Part shown: positions 1 to 13,300 of the stretch, piece after piece
Position numbering within the stretch: position 1 is the first letter of the stretch
Layout of the letters: every line of letters begins with the position of its first letter
Source: Azolla caroliniana
Lineage: Eukaryota > Plantae > Polypodiophyta
Reading direction: 5' to 3'
Length of the DNA stretch: 64,000 bases
NCBI GenBank assembly: GCA_043228905.1
Contig: JBHGNT010000001.1
Coordinates: 33,480,001 to 33,544,000, forward strand
Program-made: the position numbers and the translations under genes
Notes under the pieces: generated by a model
Databases searched by the model: none
What the model saw: only the letters and a program-made list of their open reading frames with translations
Told to the model about the DNA's origin: nothing

Positions 1-1008
1 ACATAAATCAAACAAGTTAATTTCACAATGCATCTGTTGCATCTACAGTGTACTTTAGTCAAAGCAACACCCTGTGACGAGTGGCAAATTCAATGCACAA
101 CAAAAATCTGATGTCTTCCTCTGACCTTATCATATGCAAACAGCTGCCACAACTTTCTACAAGAAACCACTCATATTGGTGGTATATTTAACGAGGTTCT
201 ACCTAGAGATAGATAACTAATTTCTTCACCGAGACTACCTAGGGGGAACTCGTGATCAGCACCATAGCCCTGGCACCTCAGTATCATCCTGCTCAAGGAA
301 TGCATAGTTGATTGTTATCCTATGGCAGCTTTATGGAGCTTGATGTATGGTGCAGAACACACGCAAGTAGGCACTTTATTATGGATGATTTTGATGTCGT
401 GCTAGCAAAACCCACCCAGAACATCATGAAATGGCATATGTGTTTTCCCCTACTCATAGTCTTGTACATCTCCATATCCACCTCCCCATGGATCAGTAAT
501 ACTACTATTGGTCTAACAAGGTAAAACTACCTCTTCATAACAAGGTCTAACAACTTTGGGTTGTTATCAGAAATTGAATCAAATATCTCAACGGGATTTA
601 ATTTATTTTCATCTCATACAGGTCATCTTGACCTTTTAAAGATGGTACTATGATGTTTAATTTCATTCCCCTCCAATCTGTAATTGGATTTGGTCCATGA
701 AACATTAAGTTTAACTTTTAACTTTTTGTGCTTTTTAACTTTGATAAGGTAATATTACTTACACCTTTGAATTGTATAATGTATGTACATAACTTTAAAA
801 ACAATAGGGAATGCATTCCTCACTTCCCTAGGCATCCCAAAATGAGCATATGACCATCACTCCGAGCATATTATTGAAAAGAGACTATGGCATACCGAAG
901 CTCATCCAAAGAGCATAACAGACATATGTTTCACTTATCTGTTGCATTTTAAAATTTTCATAGAGCTAGCATTTTTATATGTGCCTCACGTATGGCAAGA
1001 AAACTCAC

Positions 1009-3486
1009 CATAATATACCCCACATCAAACCATTGCAAGGGCAAGGACACAACTCTGCAAACTTCTCTGCGTCACTGGAATTAACTCTTCGGGAGATAAG
1101 ATCATCATAAATGTCTGCAAATTTACCAAAATAATTATAATATTTTCAGTCCTGGTAGCCCAATCTCACAAGGATGACATTGGCATCATTCCCAGCCAAT
1201 GCCTTTCCAAATTGCACATGCTTAATGTTTGAGAAGCTTATTTATGCATATAATAAATGTCAATAATTATTGTTCAGTGAAAGATGATGAAAGAAAAAAA
1301 ACTACACCAAAGTTAGCATAAAATCAAGCAATTCTTCACTAAGATATTATATTGCAGAGTTCTATAACGAGAATGCTTCTATCATAATTCAAAGACATCT
1401 ACAGTTAAAACTTAACCTTGAGTTCCTAGATACTGTGATTTACTTGGAATATTGCAGATTTCTATAACGATAATGCTTCTATCATAATGCAAAGACATCT
1501 ACAGTTAAAACTTAACCTTAAGTTCCTAGATACTGTGATTTACTGGAAATATTCCAAGGACTGGCACTCGAGCCTATCCACCTTAAGATTAATTACACGG
1601 AAAGGTTGTAACGATAACATCAAAGTGAAACATGAAAGCAACCCTGATGGGGAGACTAAGAATCTACAGAAGAGTTAAATGCTTCAAATCTAACTGGCCA
1701 CATGGAGACCCTATTCAATTGTACAAGCAGTTTATTGTACGTGTACCTTCTAAACTATTGTGCATCATTTACTGCATTCTGCTCACTCCCATTGGGCAAA
1801 TAGAAAACTTATTCACACTATACACTAGGAGGGAAAAATGTCGATCAGTTTCCATTGATATTAAATGGTGGCAAAACTTTTCTTTTGCAAGGTATCCTAA
1901 TGCCACCTTCCAGTTATACCAGTCGGGTGGAACTAAGTGCAGCATAGGCAGCATAACTAGTTCCTAGACTACATTATCTTTTTCTGGTACTATAGATATT
2001 AATCAGAGTGTATAGCATATTTGTCTCATAGCTTATCATGAGCTAAAGTTGACATTAAACTTTCTCCTAGATTCACACTTATCAAATAAGATCTTTATGA
2101 GAGCACAAATCTTCATTAAGAACAGAAGAAAACATGAAAACAGAGGTAAAGGATTGTCAAAATAAGTGTAGCTCCATACCATAAACAGAAAACATGCTAT
2201 TCATAACACCTGCAACGCAAACAAAGCAAACTTAGGTATGATGATGATATTAAAACTAGTCATATAATTATTTTAAAAATTTCTCACCCATGAATAAAAT
2301 GACATATCTCAAGATTTTCACAGGTGTTGTCTCTTGTAATACCCAAATAATGGCCAAGAAAACAATGAAGCCTGCAAAGAATCCCATTACAATGAGCAAC
2401 AAACACATATTTATACATGTTCAAACTCTATAAATAAAAAGAGCAAATTACCAATGCAAAGTCCCCGAAGAAACCACTGTTTTTCATGGCATCAAAGAGG
2501 GGGAAAAATAAAGGAAAGTATCAGATTAGTATTCAAGGACATTTATAAAAAGCAGAACAGAAAAAACACATCAAATAGTTTACATTTTTTGCAACAAATA
2601 ATACAACTATCAATGCCACCCCAAGACAAGCTGCGGCAATTCTAGCTGCTACCAGATCAGTTGATGACAAAACAAGCACCATTCCCCAAAATGAAGATCC
2701 AAGGTCTATTTCATACAATGCAAGACCAAATACCAGTTATGTGAGACATTGCCTCCGTTGAAACAAAAAGAATGTCTGAAGCATCAATATTGCATATAGG
2801 GAGAAAAAGCATTACATCCAGCTGGAAGAATCAAGTATGCAGCACCCCCTCGTGTAATTGTTACACCACCTTCATTAGAATTCACTTTTATGCCCTCTAC
2901 CTGTCATATGACGGAAATCAATAAAAAAGAGTCCGGGGAGTGAACATTGTTCCATTAAAAATCAATGAGTCATCTTAGAAACTGTGTAAAACTCATGGAG
3001 AACCCATAACTGAGTCATAAAGAAAGAAGGTGAGCTACATGTGGAAAGATGTTGCTTGGAAGGGTTGACTAATGCTTTTTTGACAGAGCACTAGCAGCGT
3101 GTATTTGTTTTGTATTGATAAATATTACCTTCCTATAAATGTATTAAATTCCATAACTGAACATTTTCATAGAGTCAAAGCCACCTTTCCACCAGTAAGA
3201 ATGCATGCTATAGCATGGCTGGCTTCATGCAAAAATACTGTTATAAGCTTGAATGGAGTCAAGACAGGGGTCCTCCATAACTGTAATATGAGAAGAAACG
3301 CAACATGTGTCTCAGAGTAAATATTAAATACTCGTTTCCATGCATACCTAGCAACAACAAAGATTTCAATGGCAGAAAATATGGAGCTTCACATACTGCT
3401 AGGATAGCGAAGATGAAAGCACCAACAGTTGCAATGAAGACAACCTGATCATGAATGCAGCACCCATGGAGTTCCCAATTTATCAT
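1009..3486 (-). CDS. Peptidase M50B-like integral membrane metalloprotease (Arabidopsis AT1G67060-like). Coding exons 3486-3397, 3280-3185, 2900-2816, 2705-2584, 2476-2452, 2371-2288, 2209-2180, 1114-1009; terminal exon not located
   Basis: GT-AG spliced frame reads MINWELHGCC...LWRTPVLTPFKLITVFLHEASHAIAC (HExxH)...NSNEGGVTITRGG...LPAGYLGSSFWGM...GVMNSMFSVYDIYDDLISRRVNSSDAEKFAELCPCPC; intron phases consistent; matches the recalled plant M50B-like family. Confidence 0.9.
1349..1544. repeat. Local tandem duplication, 2 x ~99 bp, intronic
   Basis: atattgcaga(g/t)ttctataacga...ctagatactgtgatttact occurs twice with a few substitutions. Confidence 0.85.
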
Positions 3487-3768
3487 TTCCAAATCTGGAG
3501 ACAGAACCTTAAAGTGATCCTATTCTGTAAAAATAAAAATATGGTCAAGCAACTGGTTTAACATTTCATTGTCGGATCAAATTTGAGCATCCACATGAAA
3601 TAGCATTAACACAGTGCCATGGAGCTCCCAATTTATCATTTCCAAATCTGGAGACAAAAACTTAAAGTGACGCGATTCTGTAAAATAAAAAGATAGTCAA
3701 GCAACTGGTTTAACATTTCATTGTCGGATCAAATTTGAGCATCGGCATGAGATAGCATTAACACAGTG
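3464..3768. repeat. Tandem duplication, 2 x ~152 bp, covering the splice acceptor and start codon of the M50B-like gene
   Basis: ccatggag(t/c)tcccaatttatcatttccaaatctggagac...tagcattaacacagtg twice, diverged copies. Confidence 0.9.
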
Positions 3769-4540
3769 TGCGTTTCCCTCACTAAATGCTATACACTCAA
3801 GAGTGTAACTACCCCCGTAAAGGAAGGGGAGTCGGCTATAATGATTCTTCTCTTTTGGTTCAGTGGGCCATTCTGGCCCCCAAGGAAGTTAATGCTTCAT
3901 GGAGAGAGAGAGAGAGAGACGGGGGCCTCCTTATACAAACTTCAAACTTTTTGGATAGGCCACAACATCTTTCTTCTTCATTTTTTTGGGCAAAACAGGG
4001 CCTTTGTATATCACCTGTAGCTATAGTCTCCATCTCCCTCCCTCCCTCTCTCTGAGGCACGCACATTCATATAACAGGAAAAAGAACTTCACCTTGAGCA
4101 AGTTAGGGTTATTACCGAGCAGAAGAGGGGCAATGAGGCGCCCTACCTGTATTCTGCGGGACGAGGAGAGGAACAAAAAGGAAGGCGTTAGATTCCTTCC
4201 ATCCTTCTGACTGGTTTTTGCCTCGAATCTGCAAGCGCGCGCATACACAAATGTCAAACACACACACACTCTGTCTCTCTCTGTCTATCTGTGCTCTGTG
4301 CGGAACTGAACTGGTCTTGGGGAGCATGGGGGAGGGGGAGGGGGAGGGGGAGGGACCCAGATGATCTGGTCAAGCAAAGACTTGACTGGGTGGGTTGGTT
4401 AGTAGGACTGGGTACAAATATGTGGTCCTTTCATTCGCCAACAATACACGAGAAAGGCGACACACCGAGTGGCGAAGCTGTGGGGATATCATATTGCATA
4501 AGACGAGGAATCACTCCACATACGTACATACCTATATGAT

Positions 4541-4732
4541 GAAGACCTAACCTGGCCATGCATTGTCTAATCCTTTGGAGCGCTTCATTTCTATGAGATT
4601 CGTTGTCTTGGCATATTATCAGAAGACCTATATGAAGAAGACCTAACCCTGGCTTGGCCTGGCCATGCATTGTCTAATCCTTTGGAGCGCTTCATTTCTA
4701 TGAGATTCGTTGTCTTGGCATATTATCAGAAG
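4541..4732. repeat. Local tandem duplication, ~107-bp period
   Basis: cctggccatgcattgtctaatcctttggagcgc...gcatattatcagaag twice. Confidence 0.85.
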
Positions 4733-5998
4733 GCACTCGTTATGACATCCTCTTTCTTCTCTTCGGTGTTATCGTGTTCATCGGGTTGTTTGATTGGTTT
4801 TTGTTATCTTCTCAAAATTTTCTTCTTTTCAGAAACACCCACACAATTTTGCCCAATGACTTTTGACTTTTCATACCAGAACAAAGGAGTCGGTCCGCAA
4901 CTTTGTTTGGTTTATGTTTTAATTAACCGAGGTTTTTGGCATAATATATATATTTTATGCTTACCTTTCTATTCTCGAATCTCACCTATGTCTGGTTGTG
5001 AATAAGGTTCTCCGCTTGAAAGGAATTCTTATAGGATACTTTTCTCGTATTGTTTGGTTCTAGTCGATTAGTGTAGGAAAAGCCCTTCTTTATTGGGTGT
5101 TCTCAAGCTCCCATGTGCTATTGGTGTTGATGACCAATACAATACAATTTAAGAGAGAGAAAGAAAGATATATTAACGTCTTCTGAGACCAAAATTGGCC
5201 CATGAGACAATTGCTTTACAATAAAAATGGGGTATTTACCCATTCATCAAAAGTGAAAATAAAATAAAATAGAATAGAGAGGTGGTGAAGAGAAAGAGCA
5301 ACAACAAGCATTTCAACAATGTGATTTACAATGCTAATTCGTCATAAATTTAGAAGAAAGATTCTAGTTTCTCAAACCATACCAACCCCTTTTGAGGCAA
5401 ACAACTTTCCAAACAACGAAGGAGCAAGCTTTGCAATGCATTAGTGATCAACCGAGTCTATGGTATGAGGATAACAACAACCACGTCTCATTGCACACGA
5501 CAATAATATTTGGGGAAAGAAACATAGCAGGTCGAGCAAAAATGATGCATGAGATGGACAACAATGATGTACAAATACATGTGAATTCCCAAGCGCAACC
5601 AAGGTAGGGGAGGCGACTATATGGCATACAGTCGGCCGTTGTGTCATCCAAAGCATGCACGTCTCTCGAAACCTGGCCTCTGGCCTCGATGTAAATGAAC
5701 ACGAGGGATTAGGGTACGTGGGATCGCGAGCCATCGGGGAAATGGGAGCCGAGAGATATTACGGCAACTTTTGGGCGGGCGGGCGAGCGGCAAATGTTTT
5801 GGACAGTCCATATGATGGACAGCCCTATTCCGGGCGGGCGGCAAATGTTTTGGGCGGTCTGTGGGGAGGGATCCTCTCCCAATAAGCCCCCCTTCATTTA
5901 TGTATGTATGTAATAATATGTATGTTGTACACTTGTTACTTGTTACTTGTTACTTGCTCTTGCTTGGTTCTGTTTAAACACGAACTCTGCATCTGGCT

Positions 5999-6619
5999 AT
6001 GGCTATGGCGACCTTCCCCTTCACTCCTCTCCTGCACCACCACCACCACCACCACCACCACCATAACCCCCCATTTCTCCCTCCCCCTCCTCCCCTCCTC
6101 CACTCTGCCCGCACGAAATCCACCACCATAGCCAGCTCCTTCCCTCCCAGACGCAGAGATGACCCTAGCTATCACCAACAAATCAACCCTAACCCTATCG
6201 CCGCTAAGAATCCCAACCTCACCCTCAACGACCTCGACCTCGACCTCGACCGACTAGACCTCTCCCCTCATAAATTCCTTCAGAAAGGAGACCCTAACAC
6301 CATCCAAGCCCTAATCAAAGAGATCATCCCTGTCGGTCTCTTCCTTACTCTGCCAACAGGAAGGGAAGGATACCTGAGAGCCGAAGATTTAGGGTTCCCC
6401 GGAGGCCTCTCTGTCCTACAGAGGCTGTTCAGGGTTGGACAAGAGATATGCGTGAGGATTGTGTGCAGGGGAGGAGGCGATAGAGAGATCGTGTCCATGA
6501 GGAAGGTTGAGTTCGCTCCCCATGATGAGAAGAAGCTCGTGGAGAAGGTTAGGGCTCACTTCGAAGAGGAAAGGCGGTTCCGCGAGAACCGCCTCCGACA
6601 GGGGGGGATGAAGCAGTAA
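5999..6619 (+). CDS. Intronless single-S1-domain RNA-binding protein, 206 aa, with probable plastid transit peptide containing His10/Pro tracts
   Basis: GC-rich ORF; MAMA start and Ser/Thr/Pro-rich N-terminus; S1/OB-fold pattern IQALIKEIIPVGLFLTLPTGREGYLRAEDL...LFRVGQEICVRIV...REIVSMRK. Confidence 0.8.
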   Translation: MAMATFPFTPLLHHHHHHHHHHNPPFLPPPPPLLHSARTKSTTIASSFPPRRRDDPSYHQQINPNPIAAKNPNLTLNDLDLDLDRLDLSPHKFLQKGDPNTIQALIKEIIPVGLFLTLPTGREGYLRAEDLGFPGGLSVLQRLFRVGQEICVRIVCRGGGDREIVSMRKVEFAPHDEKKLVEKVRAHFEEERRFRENRLRQGGMKQ

Positions 6620-7080
6620 ACAAAAGGCACAGATCAAAGCCACATGATGCAGATAGAAGAGAATAGGTTGCAGGGTTCTGCAGTTGAAGACCTCAGACAA
6701 TGTCACCATTTATTTGGAAGAATTTTTCGAAAGGAGCTGTTTTTCTCTGTAAATATCAAATAAGAAACAAGGACATGGTTTTTCTGTTGCAAACCAAACT
6801 CCATGTAAGTGCAAGAGGAGAGCATTGATGATGGAGATGGCTAGGCTATGGAGCTCAATGTTACACATATCTGTGTTTCTGTAACTCAATTTGCTTAATT
6901 TCCGACATATATGTATTGCATGATTTCTTAGTTGATGCCGTGAACCTGATCCGAATGCCATGCTACATAAACTTCCTCCTCTCAATATAAATGGACACAT
7001 GCCACATTAACCCTTTTCTCTTGATACATTCCGCTCTGCGCAGACTGCCATCTTCATCTCTTCTGAAGTTGGTTTATAGC

Positions 7081-7750
7081 TCCACCATTGTAATTGTAAT
7101 GCAGCTAATATAATCTGACAATGTTAGCCTTTTACCATGAATGTTAGATCTCTCTTCTGCATAAATAGACAGCTGATATAATTTGACAGTGTTAGCGTTT
7201 ACCATGTATGTTAGATCTCTCTTCTGCGTAAATAGACAGCTGATATAATTTGACAGTGTTAGCGTTTACCATGTATGTTAGATCTCTCTTCTGCGTAAAT
7301 AGACAGCTTATATAATTTGACATTGTTAGCCTTTTACCATGTACCACCATTGTAATTGTAATACAGGTAATATAATTAGACAATGTTAGCCTTTTACAAT
7401 GTAGGTTAGATCTCTCTTCTGCATAAGTATACAGCTGATATAATTTTACATGGTTAGCCTTTTACTATGCACCACCATTGTAATTGTTATACAGGTAATA
7501 TAATTAGACAATGTTTGCCTTTTACCATGTATGTTAGATCTCTCTTCTGCATAAATAGACAGCTGATATAATTTGACATTGTTAGCCTTTTACTATGCAC
7601 CACCATTGTAATTGTAATACAGGTAATATAATTAGACAATGTTATCCTTTTACCATGTCTGTTAGATCTCTTTTCTGCATAAATACACAGCGAGTATAGT
7701 TTGACAATGGTGTTAGCCTTATTACTATGCATGTTAGATCTCTCTTCTGC
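7081..7750. repeat. Composite minisatellite of two related unit types (67 bp and ~56 bp)
   Basis: gttagatctctcttctgc...tataatttgaca.tgttagc.tttacc at a 67-bp period (7143, 7210, 7277), interleaved with caccattgtaattgtaatacaggtaatataattagacaatgttagcc units. Confidence 0.9.
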
Positions 7751-9909
7751 CCTTATATGTGTGTGTGGTTGGTTGTGCTCTGGGAGGGGCCATCAATGTT
7801 GTTGGGTGGAGAGGCCATTACTTTGTCTCCAAAGTGGGAGATGGTCTTACAATGGGGAGATGGAAATGGCCATCTAGGCACATTACAAAGTCCATTAAGA
7901 AGGGTATTCCTCCACTTAGGGTAGACACTTGTGGGTAGGTGGGAATGATCTAGGATTACCCACACCATAACTCTCCACATATGTGTATGCTTCCCATCTT
8001 GGAAAGTGCAAGAGCTCGTTCACATCCAAAAGGAACTCGTTTCAAAGAAGGGCTTGTTAAACGTCCACAACAGATTTATCCCAGAGGAGAGGTTATTTCG
8101 ACAAAATATCAATACAACCTATGGGGTATATCTTAACCGTTGGTGGAGATAAAACACAAGGGCGACAACCAACCAAAGAGTGAGGATGGAACTTGGGTTC
8201 TTGCGATTTTTTAAACTGGCAAGGGGGAGGAGAAGAGATTGTAACATTAACTAGAAACTAGAGTATGGTTAGGACAGGGCCAATCTTATGTCGAGTAGAG
8301 TTTGTCAAAGCAAAATGTTAGGCGTCCCTTGGATACCTAAAGCTCATAAGCTCAACCCTTACATTCTCCGATAGCATCTAGTAAAGTAGCCCAATTAGTG
8401 AAACTTTTAACATAGATGTATATATATATATGGGAGCTATTTTCATTACAACCCAATTTGATTCTATGTTGATCTTTAATGCACTATTTGCTATATTGTT
8501 AATACGTATTCCTGTTCTTTTCTTCTTGTTTGGATTCGATGTTGTTCTTGGCTTTGGTCCTTGACATGTAGATTCTTGTGTGTTAGCCATTGCTTAGAGG
8601 CATTTTGTTTGAGTAGTTGGGTAGTCAAGCAAAGTACACACCTATTGCTATTGAAGCTAACTTTATTAGTGTTATGGCGTGTTTGTTGCTTCTCATCATG
8701 TCATACTACCACTCATCTCTATTTGGAGCAAATGAGATTTAGTGCATGTGAAGGTGACGCGTCATTGTGACATATAGGTGGGTACACATACTTTGGGTTT
8801 TATTTTCGATATCACTTCCAATATTGTTTTTAGTTTATTATAATTGGCATGGGAAGTGTTTGCTTTGTGCACATATTTTGCTAGTCTTGATTTTCTCGCC
8901 TTTGGAAATGCTCCTCCCTTTATGTTTGTAGAGGAATGTCACCTTTTGTTGTATCATCACCAACATGTCTTTTTTTACATGGTTGTAGCCTTTGTTTCTC
9001 CCAAAGACCAGATTGGGTTTCACTTTTTCCTGAATATTTTGCCAAATTGCACACAAAAGCCAATAAGTTTATCCCAGAAGCCAAAGTTTAGGGGTCAAAT
9101 TGCTTTTGTCCCATCTAACAACGTGCCCCTTTGTGGACACCATTGCCTCTCTCTCGTGAACCTATTCCTAATCCAACTTTGACCTTTTTACATGGCCCAC
9201 TTGGCTCTGTGTTTAATGCATTCTTCATTCTTCAACACGAGATTTCTTGAAATCAATATTGAATTGCAATGCAATAGTACTTTTAGAAAAGCACGTTATT
9301 ACACATAAGAAGGTTTGTACGCGTCCTTTGACCCTCTCTTTCTCTCTAACCACATTACGTGAAAAATGTGGCACTCTTTGCTGTGCCATGGATAGCCAAG
9401 CCTACTAGTGCTCGTATGACTCGAGCAAGGCAAAGGCCTGGAACAAATCATCAGGGTTTCCCCTACCCACACCTCTCGTGCGTTTGTCTTATTGTACCTC
9501 TCTTTGTCTGGCTTAACTGCCATTACCCATGGAACAAGCACGAAGTGTATATGGCAACAATACTCCGTTGTAAGTCAAATCAGCCATAGCACGAATGCAA
9601 GCAACAAATGTAAAGCCTTGAAAACTTACATGCCCACGGATATGAGGAGGAGCCTTAGAAGAAGAGCGGTGTATATGGCCGAGGAACCTTCCGGGCCGGA
9701 TGCCGTATAAATGGATGGATGGCTATACATATCCATATATATGTGTATATATACTTGAGAGAAATCATGTGTCTCTCAAGATTTGGCAGACCTTCATCCG
9801 GAGATGAAGATTATATCCGATAGGATATGCTTTGATGGATGCCATAAAAAAAACCGAAATTAATTTTACAACCCAAAAAACTGATGTGGATTTTATTTGA
9901 AATTTCCCA

Positions 9910-9983
9910 CAGCAGCAAAATGCAGAAAAGCAGAAAAGCAGAAAGCTGAAGGCAGAAAAAGCAGAAAGCTGAAGGCAGAAAAG
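9910..9983. repeat. Degenerate GCAGAAAA / GCTGAAG short tandem repeat upstream of IFRD1
   Basis: gcagaaaagcagaaaagcagaaagctgaaggcagaaaaagcagaaagctgaaggcagaaaagc. Confidence 0.75.
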
Positions 9984-10035
9984 CACACTCCCAACAAAAA
10001 CAACAAGAAAACAGACTCTGTTTTGTTTTCCATGG

Positions 10036-10038
<3 letters not shown>

Positions 10039-10075
<37 letters not shown>
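10039..10075. repeat. (CT)n microsatellite in the IFRD1 promoter/5' region
   Basis: Perfect CT dinucleotide run. Confidence 0.9.
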
Positions 10076-10080
<5 letters not shown>

Positions 10081-10323
10081 GTAATTAGTTTCTATTCTAT
10101 TCTGTGAAGCACAGCGTCTCTAATACACGCGGCGATTAGCTTCTACCTCCTCCTCCTTCTCTATCTCTCTCTCTCTATGGATTGCTCTGTTCCTGTTTCT
10201 TCAATTGCCATTGCTTTTACCTCTTCTTTTTCTTTCATCTTTGTTCCATTTCATCGTATGTGTTATTGGCGCTAAAAAGCAAATTCTTCAACTCCATTCT
10301 CTCTCAACACCAACCCTGGACAA

Positions 10324-13300
10324 ATGGGCAGAAGTAAGTACTCCGTTTCTATTTAATTCTCTTTCAAGTTTTCTTCTATGCCCATGTTTATATTCTATGT
10401 TCTCTGTACATTTTTTTCCTTTGCAGGGCTTGAACGATGCAAAATCCGTGTCTTAATAAAGAACATGATTAATCATAAAACTATTATTTCTCTTTCTATC
10501 TCTCTGCTTTGCAAAGCTTGAATGCCGCAAATTCAAGGTCTAAATAAAATGCTATGAAATTCTCTGTGTTTCCTGTGGTCTCGTATATATTTGCTTCATT
10601 ATTGTTATTTTTCATTTCATATATTGCGTTGTCTCTGTCATGATTAAGGTTACGAGTCAAAACCCACATATAAAGAGTCCATTTATTTCCTCGGAAGCTG
10701 CTGATTTTTTAGGGTTGATTGTTGCTCTCTGTCATAAACTAGGCAATGAACCAAAACTCAGGTCTCGAGGTTAGGTTAGATATGAAGAGAAAAATGGTCA
10801 CTTTTCTGTTCTATCTTATGAATCAACACCCACGTGTAGAGAACAGATTAGGTAAGAACCCATGTTTTTCTTTCAAGAAATATAGTGACGTTTTAGGGTA
10901 AAATTGGCACTTCTTTTCTCTTTCTAAAGTCACATCTAGAGGACATATTTTGTAAGAACCTGTGTAATGTTTTTAAAGAACCCATGTATTTCTTCAGAGA
11001 ACTAATGTGGGCTATGTTGACCTGTTTCTATATGCTGCTTGGTATTTACATTTAGCATGGAAGTAAGGGTTGTTAGGAACCTTATTGAGTACAAATTTGC
11101 ATTCCCATGTATTTCTTCAGAGAACTAATGTGGGCTATGTTGACCTGTTTCTATATGCTGCTTGGTATTTACATTTAGCATGGAAGTAAGGGTTGTTGAG
11201 AACCTTATTGAGTACAAATTTGCATTCCCATGTATTTCTTCAGAGAACTAATGTGGGCTATGTTGACCTGTTTCTATATGCTGCTTGGTATTTATATTTA
11301 GCATGGAAGTAAGGGTTGTTGAGAACCTTATTGAGTACAAATTTGCATTGTGTAAAGCAGGCAGGAATAAAGGAAGGCGTGGGGGAATGGATGATACTGA
11401 AGATGATGACACAATTAGTACAGGCTCTACTGCTACTTCTTCGGAATTCACTATCGTACAAGATGTCGAGGAGGAAGGAGATGATACCTCCAAAATTAAT
11501 GAATTCATTGACTACCTCTACGAGAAAAGGTCAATATTTTTTGTTGTCCCTGGACTTGATCCTCTGTATGCTCTTGTGCTTAAGAGTCTTTGGATTGCAG
11601 GGCAAAAACACGGGAAGAAGGGTTCCAAGGGCTCATAAATGCCTTGAGGAACACTGTCCTAACAGAGTTTGTTGAGTCTAAGTAAGGTTGCCCTGTTTCA
11701 TTCTGCTGAACGACTAAAGGTATGTTAATGTTCTTATTGCAAATATATAATGTATTTCTCTATATTTTTCAGGTATGAAACTCTTCTTCATTTGTGTATT
11801 GGCTCCATCAAGAAAGGAACAAGCTCCGAGATTGCATTAGCATCTCAAGTTATCGGTAACAAAACAAAATTAAATTGAATTTTTGTTAAAATACATGAAA
11901 CATCCCTGGAATAAATAACATTCAAGCTAGTAAGCCTAGCTTGGGTGCATGAAGAATAATTCTGGTAAGGAAAAATGACTATCCTAAGTCCAGTTATAGA
12001 TAGATAGATATCTTTTAACATCCACCAGAGCCTGAGTGCAATCTATGAGACAGGGCCTAGTCCACGGTGAAGATCAGACCTCGGTTCTCTCAGTTCATGA
12101 CATTTGATGCAACAATGTAAACCACCAAGCCAACAGTCAGAGAAAATGATGAGGTGAACCCCTCCAGAGAAATTTGGACAACATTCCAGACCTCTACAAC
12201 CTGTGAAGAGAGAAATTGTGGTACAAGATATGACCTATATGACCAACATCCACCTCTGGGAGAATAGGGAAATAAATAGAAGATCTTCCGTTTTCAAGGT
12301 GCTAGATGAGACCAACATCCAATTCTGGGAGAATTGGGAAATAAATAGAAGATATTCCATTTTCAAGGCGGTATATGAGGAAAATCCAACATCCAACTCT
12401 GGGAGAATAGGGAAATAAATAGAAGATCTTCCGTTTTCAAGGTGCTAGATGAGACCAACATCCAATTCTGGGAGAATTGGGAAATAAATAGAAGATATTC
12501 CATTTTCAAGGTGGTATATGAGGAAAAAGAGACATACTTTAATGATACACGACTCCAGAAACAGAGTTACATCCATTGGATACTAACTTGACATATAGGA
12601 CAAAATGGGTAGATCCATTGTCCATTATATGAGACTTGCTTGTTCTCACTTAGGAGGTAGGCAGGTAATATCGGTCCTCTTGACTTCTCCTGGGGCTTTC
12701 CTCCTGCGGAAGCTCTTTATGGTTTTACCTGTAGATGGTTGGGAACATCATAAACACATATTTTGGGGTGGAAACATGTTTCATTTCCTTTGGTTTTGAT
12801 ATTCTTAGATGATTACTAGACCTATTCAAACCCACCATTTGCCTGGCATGTTTCCCTCTTTTCTATCTTTCTATTCCTTACTCCTATTCTTTAGTTACTG
12901 GGATTTCATCTGCAATCTAAACTGATGTGCCCTTGAAGGACTTCATTTGTTTATGGTCTCACTTAAGAAGTACTTGTTGAAAGGAATGAAAGTGTGTCCT
13001 CCTATGGCGTGGCATTAGTTTCTTCTTGTGTCTGGGTTATCATTTTATTGTTGGTTCCATAACTAATATGTTTGTTCACTGCCATCAAGAAACAAATAAC
13101 TTCCTCATAAGGGAGAGGATATATTCCTTTCACTGAGGGTAAAGGCTATGTTAAGTTCCTGAGAGGAAAACAACGTGGTTGCAAGAACCCCAAAACCTGA
13201 CCTGCAACAATTGCTTTAGTCTAAATTGAGATCGTGGCCATCAAGCCCCAACACCCCTGGTGGGGGACGGTCAGTCCAATAGCTAATGAGCCCACTTTAG

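Noticed and set aside
1-1008. Final exon of the M50B-like gene
   Set aside because: No AG-bounded segment giving the expected hydrophobic GxISFxFL...LGL tail was found; it probably lies beyond the window edge
4750-5525. Weak inverted similarity between ~4750-4815 and ~5460-5525
   Set aside because: Too degenerate and low-complexity to support a foldback element by eye
7750-9300. Decayed LINE/hAT-like fragments
   Set aside because: Faint resemblance only; no diagnostic motif or termini
9784-9844. Hammerhead ribozyme
   Set aside because: A three-way junction is possible but the CUGANGA and GAAA core motifs are absent on both strands
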